Assembly (NCBI RefSeq): GCF_009914755.1
Contig: NC_060926.1
Reading direction: 5' to 3' (one strand)
DNA length: 64,000 nucleotides
Source of the DNA: the human T2T-CHM13v2.0 reference genome, Homo sapiens
Shown here: in pieces, positions 39,258 through 58,147 of the stretch
How positions within the stretch are numbered: position 1 is the stretch's first letter
Layout: every line of letters begins with the position of its first letter
Made by a program: the position numbers and the translations under genes
The notes under the pieces: generated by a model
Databases searched by the model: none
The model's input: only the letters and a program-made list of their open reading frames with translations
Told to the model about the DNA's origin: nothing

Positions 39258-39964
39258 TGACTCCTTTTATAATCTCAAGCACATCACATGTTTTGCATTA
39301 GTGAATGAGGTAAGCCTGTTTTCTATAGACACTGGTGGAAGAATCACTAAGCATCTTCCAGTTTTGTTGTTCTGTTAAAGGATGGAAACCTGGGTACAGG
39401 GTATGGTAGAGTCATTTGCAAATAGGCTACCATTTGCAAAGGTAGGCTTGTAGCTAAGAAGAGGTTTCAGTGCTGAATTGCCCAGTCAAATAGAGTGGGA
39501 AGGATCGTATTTTGATGAAGCTAAAGGAAGGAAGATGCAAAGATGGGCTGAAAGATATTTTATGACATTTATATCTAACATTGTCCTTATAATTGTTTTT
39601 ATTGGCATTGCAAACCATGTCTATCACTCTTAATTTTCAGGAAAGCATACGTATACATGCATTCTAAGAGTCTCTGCCTGTGGAAATCAAGTAAAGAGAC
39701 AATTTTCCCTATCATTGGGAACATGGTATACAAGAGAGAAACTTTTCATTGGCTGGCAACATAATCCATTTACTGAACTAAAATAACGAATGCCGTGTCT
39801 TGTAACTTGGAAGGACCATTAGAAATGGGAGCCATCCCTCCCCCAGAAGCTCTATATCTTTATGCTCTACTGCTGGTTGTAATAGATTATTACACTATAA
39901 ATTGCGTACTGACTTTTTTTCTTAATAATAAGATTTATTTATAATCTCAATATGTAGACCTTTG

Positions 39965-40055
39965 TCAGGGTTACTCAATCCTGTCTGTACATTAAAATCA
40001 CTTAGGTAGCTTTTAAAATATATGATGTCCAAGCCTTACTCAAAGATTCTGATAT
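39965..40055. mobile_element. MER5-like hAT MITE fragment
   Basis: cagggttactcaatc..acattaaaatcacttaggtagctttt..agattctgat. Confidence 0.6.
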
Positions 40056-40336
40056 AGTTTTTTTAAATCGATTTAGTTACATCATGTGGATATGTAGATT
40101 TGGGGTAGATCTGCTCAGTACAACATGCAGAAAAAGTGAAACTATAGAGAAAAATGCCCAGAACAAAGATAAGAGAATTTGGAAATACCAACAGTGAGGG
40201 AGTGGCAAAGGAAACAGAAAAACTAAAATCAGAAGGAAAGGAAGAAAAAGCAAAAGAGATAGTTTATGATGAGAACACTGAATGAAGGATCGAGAGTGAT
40301 GAGGAGGGCATAGTGTCAAACACTGCTGGGGACTTG

Positions 40337-40812
40337 CTATGGTTTGAATGTCCATTCCTAAACTCATATTGACATTTAATTGCTGTTGTAACAGTACTAA
40401 CAGGTGGACCTTTAAGAGGTGACTAAGTCATGAGGTCTCTTGCCTCATGAATGAATTAATGTTGTTATTGTGGGAGTGGGCTCCTGATAATAGGATAGGT
40501 TTGGCCCCATTTCTCTCTCTGTCTCATGAGCTTGCTTCCACCTCTGGTCTTCCTCCATGGATGGTCCTCACCAGATACCAACAACAACACTATGCTCTTG
40601 GACTTCCCAGCTCCAAAACCATGAGCCAAATAAGCCTCTGTTCTTTACAAATAACTTTTACAAGTAATTTATAAATTATACAACTTTATAAGTAACTTCT
40701 ACATTACCTTTATAAAGATAGGCATTTATTTGGCTCATGGTTCTGGAGGCTGGGAAGTCCAAGAGCATAATGCTGGACTCTGTTATAGTAACAGAAAATG
40801 GACAAACTAAGG
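40337..40812 (+). mobile_element. MST-type MaLR solo LTR with internal inverted duplication
   Basis: tgctatggtttgaatgtcc start; ttggacttcccagc; ctgttatagtaacagaaaatggac end. Confidence 0.88.
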
Positions 40813-40879
40813 AGTTAAAAGGAATAACACAAGGACAAATCCCCTAGGTTTGGTAAGCAGAAGGACACAGATGGTTGTG

Positions 40880-41045
40880 GTTAAAAGACTACAAATATGG
40901 CGCAGCGTATACTGCTCAAGTGATGGGTGCACCAAAATCTCACAAATCACCACTAAAGAACTTACTCATGTAACCAAATACCACCTGTATCCCAATAACT
41001 TATGGAAAAATAAAAACAAAATAAAACAAAATAGAATAAAAATAC
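40880..41045 (+). mobile_element. Short L1PB 3' end
   Basis: gtgatgggtgcaccaaaatctcacaaatcaccactaaagaacttactcatgtaacc, then A-rich tail. Confidence 0.88.
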
Positions 41046-41221
41046 AATCAGTTGGTGGCTAAAACAAAAAAGAAAGCAATTTTCCTCATGTTTTCATAGC
41101 AGCCTGTTAACAGTATACACCGTCCTCAATCTCACAGGCAAACATTTTATTTTTTCTTTTTCTAAGTAATAACTTACTATTCCATGTGAACACCATTATT
41201 TTCCCACTGTGTTTGTTATAC

Positions 41222-41320
41222 GTATTAGTCAGGATTCTCTAGAAAGATGGAACTATATGTATTATTCAAGATTCTCTAGAAGGATGGAACTAATAGGATA
41301 CATATATATATATGTGTGTG

Positions 41321-41380
<60 letters not shown>

Positions 41381-41750
41381 TTTATTAAATATTGACTCAA
41401 GATCACAAAATCCCATGATAGGCCGTCTGTAAGCTGAGGAGCAAATAGAGCCAGTCCAAGTCCCCAAACTAAAGAACTTGGAGTCCGATGTTTGAGGGCA
41501 GGAAGCATCCAGCACAGGAGAAGGATGTAGGCTGGGATGCTAAGCCAGTCCAACCTTTCCACGTTTTCCTGTCTGCTTCATATTTACTGGTAGCTGATTA
41601 CATGGTGCTAACCCAGATTAAGGGCGGGTCTGCCTTCCCCAGCCCTCTGACTCAAATATTACTCTCCTTTGGTAACAGCCTCACAGACACACCCAGGATC
41701 AATACTTTGCCTCCTTCAATCCAATCAAGTTGACACTCAGTATTAACTGC
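41222..41750 (-). mobile_element. MLT2A solo LTR with duplicated terminus and (TA)n
   Basis: gtattagtcaggattctctaga..ccaatcaagttgacactcagtattaac; (TA)n at ~41329-41377. Confidence 0.92.
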
Positions 41751-42419
41751 TTGGCCACTTATCTCTCACTTCTCTTTTCTTTTGGGCTTCAGTGGTTTTA
41801 CTTCCCTGTTGACTAGTCAGGTTCCCATCTCTACAGAGTCACCAAGCTGATACTAATAATAACACATTTCTTTCCTACTTTCAGAGACTCATTCATGTTC
41901 CTGTAATTTAGACAATAATAGATCTTTATATTCATATATTTTAGTGCTTTGGGGTTCCTTATGCTGTACTCTGTTAATATTATATGGATTTCAAGATTTT
42001 TATAATTTTAAATCCAAAATGTCTATGAAGATAGACCTTACCTATGAAGATGGGCTCTTACTTAACAAATGTGGTTGCTTTTTCTAAATCATGGCTGAAG
42101 GTAGCTGCTAGTTTGGAATAGCCCCCCAAATGCTTCTTTCATCTTCCATGAACAGTCTTCTAATTCTATTTTCATGGCAGGTGGAAAGTCTACCAAGGCT
42201 CCAGCAGGAACAGAGATTTGTGTAGCAAAATTGAAATCTAGTGATATACCTCAGAGGTATGTTAGGTGTGGACATAAAAACCATTGGTATGCCCAGTGGA
42301 GTGGAAGTTGCTATCTGGTCAAAAGAGGCAAAATGTAGAAAGAAGAGGAAGAAAAAAGATGCTAAACAATAGCAATGGGGTTAAATGGTTGCAAGCCAGG
42401 AATTGATTCTTTAGCTCTC

Positions 42420-42835
42420 TAGCCTGGAGAATTAAATATGAAAGATTTTATTAGCGGAAATTCCTGTGAGAGAAAAGATGGCAAGGAAGCAAAAAATGTA
42501 CTGAGAGAGCTCTCACACTGTGAAGCAAGTCTGACCCAGACTGAAGGAAACATGGAGAGGATAATGAGTGGAAGCACTCTATGCTAGCATGCAGCCCCTG
42601 ACACTGTCATGTAGTCTAAGATCATCTAAAGTCCTCAAGTCAAACTCAGTCATCAAAGGAGTGCTTTTTCTCCCACGAATGGGTCTGCCTGAGTATCCCT
42701 GCTTCATTCAGCCATCAGTTGCAAATCACAGTTTTTGCAAAATATAATGATTACAGAGTGTAGCAGCTAGCCTTTGAACAATGACTCTTCCAGTAGTTGA
42801 TGGTCTGCAGGGCACATTCTCATGATAGCCACAGG
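42420..42835. mobile_element. Ancient ERVL-class LTR fragment (LTR16/33/41-like)
   Basis: agattttattagcggaaattcctgtgaga..gcaagtctgaccc..gggtctgcctgagtatccctg resembles old ERVL LTRs. Confidence 0.5.
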
Positions 42836-45744
42836 ATTCGTGTAAAGTTCACATATTTGGTATTTAAGATGCATTTGTTTGAGGATTGTGCCTCTGAAAT
42901 TACTTTATGATAACAACCTACTTCTAATATTTTTCAGGAATGGGGAAAGAGGAATAGGTCCCTGGCAATACTCCACTGGAGAAATTAACACAAAATTGTG
43001 TAGGCTTGGCACTATTGACACAAATGTATCTACAGAGTGGACTCTCTAGGTTTTCTTTTCTTAAGCATATAGTGATCTCCAAAATGGCAGCATCCAAGCC
43101 TGAGTCCACAGGATGTGTTACAAACCGCACCAAAGAGGGAATGGATAAATAGTGATCAGCAGTCCCAATTCTGTCACACACTAATGTTGAGACATTGGAA
43201 AATCACATCACTGTTTTGGGTTTGTCCTCCATTAAGTGCTGGGGCTGGATTAGATTATCTTTGAGATCTCTTTCATCTAGAAAATATTAAGTCTCAAATG
43301 CTGTTCATTTGAATGTCAAATAAGAGCTCAACAAATTCATATACATATTAAATTTACTTATAATTTGGAGAAGCACTAAACATTTTTTAAAAGCATGTGG
43401 AGGAAATGCAACATGTTACATAATTATCCATGAAAGCCACATGGTTGTGTAGTGTTTAGAGGGGAAATTGGAAATACAGGCTACTGAAAATATTTGAAAT
43501 ATTTTTCCATTCAATTAATCCTGTTCCTGCTGCAAGTAGCAAAGCAAGGAACCACCTGCCAAAATCCTTGCTGAATTTGTGCAGACTGTTATGTTTCAAT
43601 ATTTGATTTGTTAGTTTTATTCCTAAAAATCATTTTTCTCAATATAGGAAATTAGTGACCAATTATTAGTAGAAAAATATTTTTCTTGTTGTTTTTAACA
43701 GGACATTTTAAAAAATATTCCCCACACTTGAGGACTGTGCCTAATATATTTTGAATCTAATATGTATGGTTGGTTCTAAAGCTGTTCTATCTTCTTCCAT
43801 TGACTTAGGTGGTGATGGAAGGATTTCAGGTGTCAAGAAATTTTCCTGGGTGAAGAAGTTGTTGTAGAATCACACCAAATCTTATTTGAAGGTCTGCAGC
43901 CTTTTAAATTCATGAAATTTAATAAAAATTTAGTAGGCTCTAATTAAAACACATTTACAGTTTTGGTTTTAAAAAATGTCTCAGATTTTCCTCAATATGA
44001 GATTAGTGTTATTTCTGTCTACTCCTTAGAAATAAGCATAATGTAATTACATTCTTCAAAAGAGAACTAATGAGTAAAAAGTAGTTACTAGAAATATAAA
44101 AAAACTAAGTAGATAAGGTCAAAACCTTTGTTCTTAGAAATGTATGTACTTGAGACAATAGTGCATACAATTTTTAGACACAGATCTCATAACTACGTTA
44201 GTATGGTGTAGGAAAACATAATTAATACTCATCAATAGCACTTTAAAAACATGTTTGTTATGAATTAAAAGACGAGACATCTCAGTTTAAATGGACCCAT
44301 ATACAATAAATCAAAAAGCTTTTTAAGGGAGAGACAGATCTTGCGGTTCTGCAACTAATAATGGAAGTAAAGAAAGCATGTTTAATCAAAATCCTTTTCT
44401 GTAATAAAACCCATCACTTATTTAGAAAATGAAGATATGTATAACATAGCTAAGATAAATGTAATACCAGTGAAAATTTTATGTGGAAATGGACTCTGCA
44501 TAGTGTTCGACTAAGAGAACTCAGAAACGTTTGGAAGTCAGAATTGAAGACATTGACAGAGGTTGCCAGTAACTGGGCTGAAATGTCAGTGGGTATAATA
44601 TTTCTCAAACCTTCCTTAGACCACATGGCAGTACAGGGGACTGCATGCCACTGTGGCTCAAGGACCCTTGTTTCCCAACTCCTAAAAGCTGAGCAAGATT
44701 ACATTAACAAAACAAAATGGAAATTTGGTTTATTTGTGTTCTAAGTTGAAAGATTTTTGATTCAATTTTTTTTACATCTGCAAATTCTTACTTGTTGGCA
44801 CTTCATTTAAATTTGAGCAGTATGTTTAGTGTTCTTCACTTGTGTATATATAGTTTAAAATATTTTTATCTGCTAAAATATTTTGATTACCATTATCTGT
44901 TCTCTTATTATAAGATTTTATATGATGTCATTTTCATTTTCTGTTATCTCCCCAATCCCAACAAGCTCAAAACAGTTGTATCTAAAAGCTAACTATGTTT
45001 TGAAAGGCTAGATTCTTGGTCAGGAGCAATGTCTTTTGCATGCTGTTTTAGTTGTGAGGTGGGTAGGGAAGAGTTTAGGTATTTATTTGCAATTTTACAA
45101 TTGTGTTCCATTTCTTAAGGATCCTCAATTTTTCCATCTTATGTTTTTCTTTACCTTCACCATAGGCTCTCCAAGAGATTCTCTTCCTTCAATGTCCTAG
45201 TCACCCTCTTTTCTCCCAGAAGAAAGACCACTGCCTCAGGTTCCATACCTCATGAACTTTAATGCTCTGGCTTCTCCCACAGTCATCGCTCAGACATACC
45301 AACCTTTCTTCTGCATTTTCCCTCTGGGGATGTGACTTGTTCTATTTGAGGAGTTTATTACATCTGTGTTTCATCACTACCCCATCCCTTAGGCTTCCCA
45401 CACCCAATTCCTCTTTTCCAAACACTCATGACATTTTCTGATGACTTTCTATTCAGGTATGAGGTCTGGAACTAGGTCTACAGGATCTGAATATTCAATT
45501 CACTGCTTATAGGCAATTTGAAGTAAATTGCATACTTCCTCTCCTAGGCTGGCTGAGGTATAGTATGTGGATTGTTTCATGTTCTGTCTTTTCCAATTTG
45601 TATACATTGGAGGATGTGTGGAGAGGTTCAGGTTTAGGTGGCATCATATGGCAAACTGGAAGTTAAAAATGAAAATTTTGAAGAAAAGAACTATGAGAAG
45701 GAGAAATTAGAAATGTATTCATTCAAGACAATTTACTGATTCTA

Positions 45745-47450
45745 CATTGTGGAATAGCTAAATCAAGGTAATTTACATACCCATTACCTCATATACTCAT
45801 TATTTTTTGTGTTTGATGAGAACACTTCAAATCTACTATCTTAGCAATTTTCAAGTATACAATACATTATTAACTGTAGTCATCATGATGTACAATAGAT
45901 CTCTAAAATTTATTCCCATCATCTAACTAAAATTTTGTATCCTTTTAACAACATCTCCTCATACCCCCCACCCATCCTCCAGCCTCTGCTAACCACCATT
46001 CTACTCTGTTACTATGAATTTGACTTTTTAAAATTTCACATAAAAGTGAGATCATGTGATATTTGTCTTTCTGTGCTGGGTTTATTTCACTTAACATAAT
46101 GTCATCCAAGTTTATCCATTTTGTCGTAAATGATAGGATTTCCTCCTTTTTATGGTTGAATAGTATTCTATTGTGGATATATACCACATTTTCTCTATCC
46201 AGCACTTAGATTGATTCTGTATTTTGGACATTGTGCATAATGCTACCATCAACATGGGAGTTCAGATATCTCCTCAACATACTGATTTCATATTCTTTGG
46301 ATATATTATTAGAGGTGGGATTACTGGATCATATGGTAGGTTTTTAAGGTTTCAAGGAATCTCCTTACTGTTTTCCATAATAATTTTATCAATTTACATT
46401 TCCATCAACAGTATTCCATCCATACATTTCCTTTCTCCACATCCTAGTCAACACTTCTCATCTTTCATCTTTTTTCTAGGAACCATTCTAACAGGTGTAA
46501 GGTGTTATGTTATTATGGTTTTAATTTGCATTTCTCTGATGATGAGTGATGTTGAGCATTTTTTCATATGCCTGTTGGTCATTTGTATATTTTCTTCTGA
46601 AAAATGTCTGTTCAGGTCCTTTACCCATTTTTAAAATCAGATTGTTTCTTTGCTGTTAAATTATATGAGTTCCTGGTATATTTTGAATATTAAACCCTTA
46701 CCAGATGTGTGCTTCAAAAAATATTTCTTTTCTTATTCTGTAAGTTGTCTCTTCATTCTGTTATTATTATTATTTTTTTGCTGTGCAGAAAATTTTTAGT
46801 TTGATATAATCCTACTTACTTGTTTTTGCTTTTGTTGCCTGTGCTTCTGGGGTTATATTCAAAAAATCATTGCTCAGACCAACGTCATAGAGCTTTTTCT
46901 CTACTACTTTTTCTCTTCTAATAGTTTCATGTTTCAGGTCTTTAATACTTTTTTAGTTTATTTTTATATGTGGTATAAGATGAGGGTCTAATATCTTTCC
47001 TCTACAGTGAATATTCCATTTTCCCCCAAACCATTTATTAAAGAGACTATCCTTTTTCCATTTTGTATTCTTGGCATCTTTGTCAAAAATCAATGGGCTA
47101 TAAATGTGTGGATTTATTTCTGGCCTCTCTATAGTGTCCTATTTGTCTATGTGTCTGTTTCTATGTCTGTATCATGCTGTTTTGGTTACTATAGCTTTCT
47201 AGTTGATTTTCAAAATAAGTAGTGTGATGCCTTTAGCTTTGTTGTTTCTGCTCAAGATTTGTATTGCTATTCTGCGTCTTTTGTGGCTCCATACAAATTT
47301 TGGATTTTTTTTTCTGTTTCTGTGAAATGTCATTGGAATTTTGATAGGCATTGCATTGAATCTGCTGATTGCTTTAGGTAGTATGGATATTTTGACAATA
47401 TTAATTGTTCCAACCCATGAACATAGATATCTTTTCTTTTATTTGTGTCT
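45745..47450 (-). mobile_element. L1MA (MA5-8-like) 3' part
   Basis: 3' UTR antisense (aatctactatcttagcaattttcaagtatac) and ORF2 C-terminal antisense homology. Confidence 0.88.
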
Positions 47451-47489
47451 TATGATTCTTCTTTATCTTCTCACCTTACAGTCACGCTG

Positions 47490-47643
47490 TGACCGTCCTA
47501 CAACTCTACTGCTGTAAGGTGAAAGCAGCCACAGATAACATGTAAAGAAATGAAAGTGGCTGTAAAACTATATTCACAAAAACTTATTCACAGTACTTCA
47601 TTTACAAAAGAAGGCAGTTGTCTACACCTGACCCTGCCCTAGA
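47490..47643. mobile_element. MER58-like hAT-Charlie MITE
   Basis: caactctactgctgtaaggtgaaagcagccacagataacatgtaaa..gtggctg..tttacaaaa..ccctgccctaga. Confidence 0.75.
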
Positions 47644-48394
47644 TGACCCATACAATCCTAAAGTACTAGACTACCCACCTAAGACCTCTCCTCTTTACAA
47701 TTCTGCTGCTAGGCCACCCATACCCTAGGAAGGTTACTATTTTTAGGTGGCCAAAATAACTGGAAGGTCTAATCTATCAGGTCAAATTTAGCAAAACAGA
47801 ATTAGCTTCTTCAGCTGCTTATGATGTACTTTTCTGCTTTTCACAGTTCGCAAAAATAACTTTTGAAATTTTCATGGATAATATTTTCTTAGTTTTTCAA
47901 GAAAAACCAAGAACTAAATCAAAAGTAAAATATAATATATTTAAGTTGATTTCATCTCTCCTGCACCATAATCAGAAATATTTTGTACAGCTTTAGGAGA
48001 TCCGAAGGTTTACCTTCATAGTATTTGGTCCATGTGTCTTTTAGATAACTTTGTTTTACCCTATTCTTAATTCTTATTAGATTTTCAATAAAGCTTGACA
48101 AGGATAAATAACTTTGGAGAAAAAAATTCATAATTTCTACTTTCGTACTTTCCATTTAATAAATATAGGTTATAATTTGTACAATGTTTTCACATGAACC
48201 AAATAAATAAAAAGCAATTCTGGATGGAAAAGGCAACCAAACATTAAGTAACTGTCATAGTATGGGAGGTTGACATTTAAAAGATTTAAATGTAAAAGTA
48301 TGCTTTTAAAATGATATTATTTCATATATTAATTGAACTATCAACAAGAAATGGCTCAAGAAAGAGTTAAATTAAAATTTACCTAGGCTTTCTA

Positions 48395-49300
48395 GGGGGA
48401 GGAGCCCAGATGGCCGAATAGGAACAGCTCCTGTCTACAGCTCCCAGTGTGAGCGACCCAGAAGACGGGTGCTTTCTGCATTTCCATCTGAGGTACTGGG
48501 TTCATCTCACTAGGGAGTGCCAGACAGTGGGCGCAGGTCAGTGGGTGCACGCACCATGCACGAGCCAAAGCAGGACGAGGCATTGCCTCACTTGGGAAGC
48601 GCAAGGGGTCAGGGAGTTCCCTTTCTGAGTCAAAGAAAGGGGTGACGGACGCACCTGGAAAATCGGGTCACTCCCACCAGAATATTGCGCTTTTCGGACC
48701 GGGTTAAAAAACGGCGCACCACGAGATTATATCCCGCACCTGGCTCGGAGGGTCCTACGCCCACGGAGTCTCGCTGATTGCTAGCACAGCAGTCTGAGAT
48801 CAAACTGCAAGGCGGCAGCGAGGCTGGGGGAGGGGCGCCCACCATTGCCCAGGCTTGCTTAGGTAAACAAAGCAGCCTGGAAGCTCCAACTCGGTGGAGC
48901 CCACCACAGCTCAAGGAGGCCTGCCTGCCTCTGTAGGCTCCACCTCTGGGGGCAGGGCACAGACAAACAAGAAGACAGCAGTAACCTCTGCAGACTTAAA
49001 TGTCCCTGTCTGACAGCTTTGAAGAGAGCAGTGGTTCTACCAGCACGCAGCTGGAGATCTGAGAACGGGCAGACTGCCTCCTCAAGTGGGTCCCTGACCC
49101 CTGACCCCCGAGCAGCCTAACTGGGAGGCACCCCCCAGCAGGGGCACACTGACACCTCACACGGCAGGGTACTCCAACAGACCTGCAGCTGACGGTCCTG
49201 TCTGTTAGAAGGAAAACTAACAAACAGAAAGGACATCCACACCAAAAACCCATCTGTACATCACCATCATCAAAGACCAAAAGTAGATAAAACCACAAAG
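48395..49300 (+). promoter_or_regulatory. L1 5' UTR: internal sense promoter and antisense promoter, CpG-rich
   Basis: CpG-rich L1PA2-type 5' UTR; YY1 site near +13 to +21; short (ZNF93-site-deleted) form gggtactccaacagacc at ~49167-49183. Confidence 0.9.
48630..48845 (-). CDS. ORF0: L1 ORF0 (71 aa antisense ORF), intact
   Basis: MVGAPPPASLPPCSLISDCCASNQRDSVGVGPSEPGAGYNLVVRRFLTRSEKRNILVGVTRFSRCVRHPFL*; ATG is the reverse complement of CAT at 48843-48845; matches the primate ORF0 protein as recalled. Confidence 0.85.
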   Translation of the reverse strand: MVGAPPPASLPPCSLISDCCASNQRDSVGVGPSEPGAGYNLVVRRFLTRSEKRNILVGVTRFSRCVRHPFL

Positions 49301-50315
49301 ATGGGGAAAAAACAGAACAGAAAAACTAGAAACTAAAAAGCAGAGCGCCTCTCCTCCTCCAAAGGAACGCAGCTCCTCACCAGCAATGGAACAAAGCTGG
49401 ATGGAGAACGACTTTGACCAGCTGAGAGAAGAAGGCTTCAGAGGATCAAATTACTCTGAGCTACGGGAGGACATTCAAACCAAAGGCAAAGAAGTTGAAA
49501 ACCTTGAAAAAAATTTAGAAGAATGTATAACTAGAATAACCAATACAGAGAAGTGCTTAAAGGAGCTGATGGAGCTGAAAACCAAGGCTTGAGAACTATG
49601 TGAAGAATGCAGAAGCCTCAGGAGCCGATGCGATCAACTGGAAGAAAGGGTGTCAGTGATGGAAGATGAAATGAATGAAATGAAGTGAGAAGGGAAGTTT
49701 AGAGAAAAAAGAATAAAAAGAAATGAGCAAAGCCTCCAAGAAATATGGGACTATGTGAAAAGACCAAATCTACGTCTGATTGGTGTACCTGAAACTAACG
49801 GGGAGAATGGAACCAAGTTGGAAAACACTCTGCAGGATATTATCCAGGAGAACTTCCCCAATCTAGCAAGGCAGGCCAACGTTCAGAATCAGGAAATACA
49901 GAGAACACCACAAAGATACTCCTCGAGAAGAGCAACTCCACGACACATAATTGTCAGATTCACCAAAGTTGAAATGAAGGAAAAAATGTTAAGGGCAGCC
50001 AGAGAGAAAGGTCGGGTTACCCTCAAAGGGAAGCCCATCAGACTAACAGCGGATCTCTCGGCAGAAACCCTACAAGCCAGAAGAGAGTGGGGGCCAATAT
50101 TCAACATTCTTAAAGAAAAGAATTGTCAACCCAGAATTTCATATCCAGCCAAACTAAGCTTCATAAGTGAAGGAGAAATAAAATACTTTACAGACAAGCA
50201 AATGCTGAGAGATTTTGTCACCACCAGGCCTGCCCTAAAAGAGCTCCTGAAGGAAGCGCTAAACATGGAAAGGAATAACCGGTACCAGCCGCTGCAAAAT
50301 CATGCCAAAATGTAA
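49301..50315 (+). pseudogene. L1 ORF1p (RNA-binding chaperone), disrupted
   Basis: ATGGGGAAAAAACAG start; early frameshift ~49330; CGA>TGA stops at ~49590 and ~49686; RRM/CTD part (RPNLRLIGVPE, REKG, ARR, YPAKLS) intact. Confidence 0.95.
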
Positions 50316-50377
50316 AGACCATCGAGACTAGGAAGAAACTGCATCAACTAACGGCAAAATCACCAGCTAACATCATC

Positions 50378-54205
<3,828 letters not shown>

Positions 54206-55199
54206 ACAATGAGATCACGTGGACACAGGAAGGGGAATATCACACTCTGGGGACTGTGGTGGGGTGTGGGGAGGGGGGAGGGATAGCACTGGGAGATATA
54301 CCTAATGCTAGATGACGAGTTAGTGGGTGCAGCGCACCAGCATGGCACATGTATACATATCTAACTAACCTGCACAATGTGCACACGTACCCTAAAACTT
54401 AAAGTATAATAAAAAAAAATTTAAAAAAATAAATAAATAAATAAATATCATTTAATTCATGAAAAAAATAAAATAAAATAAAATTTACCTAGGCTTTCTA
54501 AAACATCCATGCATGGTTGTTATCTCTTTTGACTTCTAATGGACATAATAACATGTAATGGACATAAGGCAGCAGCTATTCAACCTCCCTCTTTCTTAAC
54601 AAAGCAATGATGGGGCTCAGGTATCTACCTGTCTTTAATAAAGCTCACATGACTTAAAAGAAAGTAATTCTCATCTCTAGACCAATTCCATAGTACTTTC
54701 ATTCCCCCAGGCCTCAAAGCCTAGGCTAATGCCAATCAGAGCATGGCATTTTCCCAAGGGTACCCTTTTTCTAGACTGCCATGTATTTATCTAAATATGA
54801 ATGTCCTTATTATTTACACAAGTTATATTTAGCTTTGTACTACTTGTGTTCAAATGCATCCTATCTATAATCTATTTTGTTAACAATTCTTTGACACACT
54901 GTTATAATCTGTTTTACAGTTTATGAAACTGTAGTACTCAAAGGCTTTATGATGATGCCTTTAATTCTAGAAGTGTCTGTTTTATTAAAAGCAGAAAATA
55001 TTTTATCCTTATCACTGTATAGTTAAAATACATCAATGCAATATATTTTTACTTTGTACGATATATATAGTGTTTTATAGAATTTTTACTTAAACTAATA
55101 GATTGAGTCATTTATTTATGAGTAAAGTATCCACTTGCTACTGTGGTGAACAAGCTAAAACCTTGGGTTACAGTTGCAATTCCCCATTTTGTTTGTATT

Positions 55200-55398
55200 C
55201 TATGGCTTGCTAGCTGTGTGATCTGGAGGAAGTTATTTAATATGACTGTGCCTCCTTTTCTCAGCTGTAAAATGGGGAGCAATAAAGCACTTGCCACATA
55301 AGCTTGCTCAGAGTATTAATACAGGCAATCCCTGTAAGAGGCTTAGCACAGGGCCTGGCATACTGTAGGTTTTTCAGTAGTTGTGAACTATTATTTTA
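55200..55398 (+). mobile_element. MIR SINE
   Basis: ctagctgtgtgatctgga..ctcagctgtaaaatgggg..cttagcacagggcctggcata. Confidence 0.85.
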
Positions 55399-56018
55399 CC
55401 AAGTTTACACATGGAAATAAATATGACAACTTTTTTTTCAGTTTACACAAACTTCCTTTCAAACATCAACAAATAGTATTCTATTTCTCAATAACAAGTA
55501 TCTGATGTCAGAGACTAAGGGAGAGACACATGGACTAAGTATAAAAGAATGGATTTTGCTTCAAAGCACTCTTTTTCAGTGTCTTACATTATCTCTCGGC
55601 CCTAACGTCGGTGTTGAAAATAGCTAGGAGGGTCTACCCCTGTGCCTTCTGGGTTCTCCCCATTCTTTTTTCTCTGGTGGATTTTTTGGCATCACATGAG
55701 TTGCTGTTTCTAAGAAAGTAAACGAGTGACAAGTAGACTACAGGACTACTGATGCATTTATCATCCTCATAGGAGTGCAGTCAAGTCCTATTTCCAGCTC
55801 TTCCATTATGCTGTGATATATTATAGTAACATTATTTGGTATTACATACCTAATGGAATTATCCAATCAGGTTTATAAACCTGTTAACAGACTCTTAATG
55901 AAAGGTTTGACCCTGCCTTTCCATATAAGAAGTGAATCAAACCCCAATCCAACATTTGTAGAATGCCACACTCAAAAATCTCAATAATCTCCTAAAGGAA
56001 CACATGCAATGGTACTGC

Positions 56019-58147
<2,129 letters not shown>

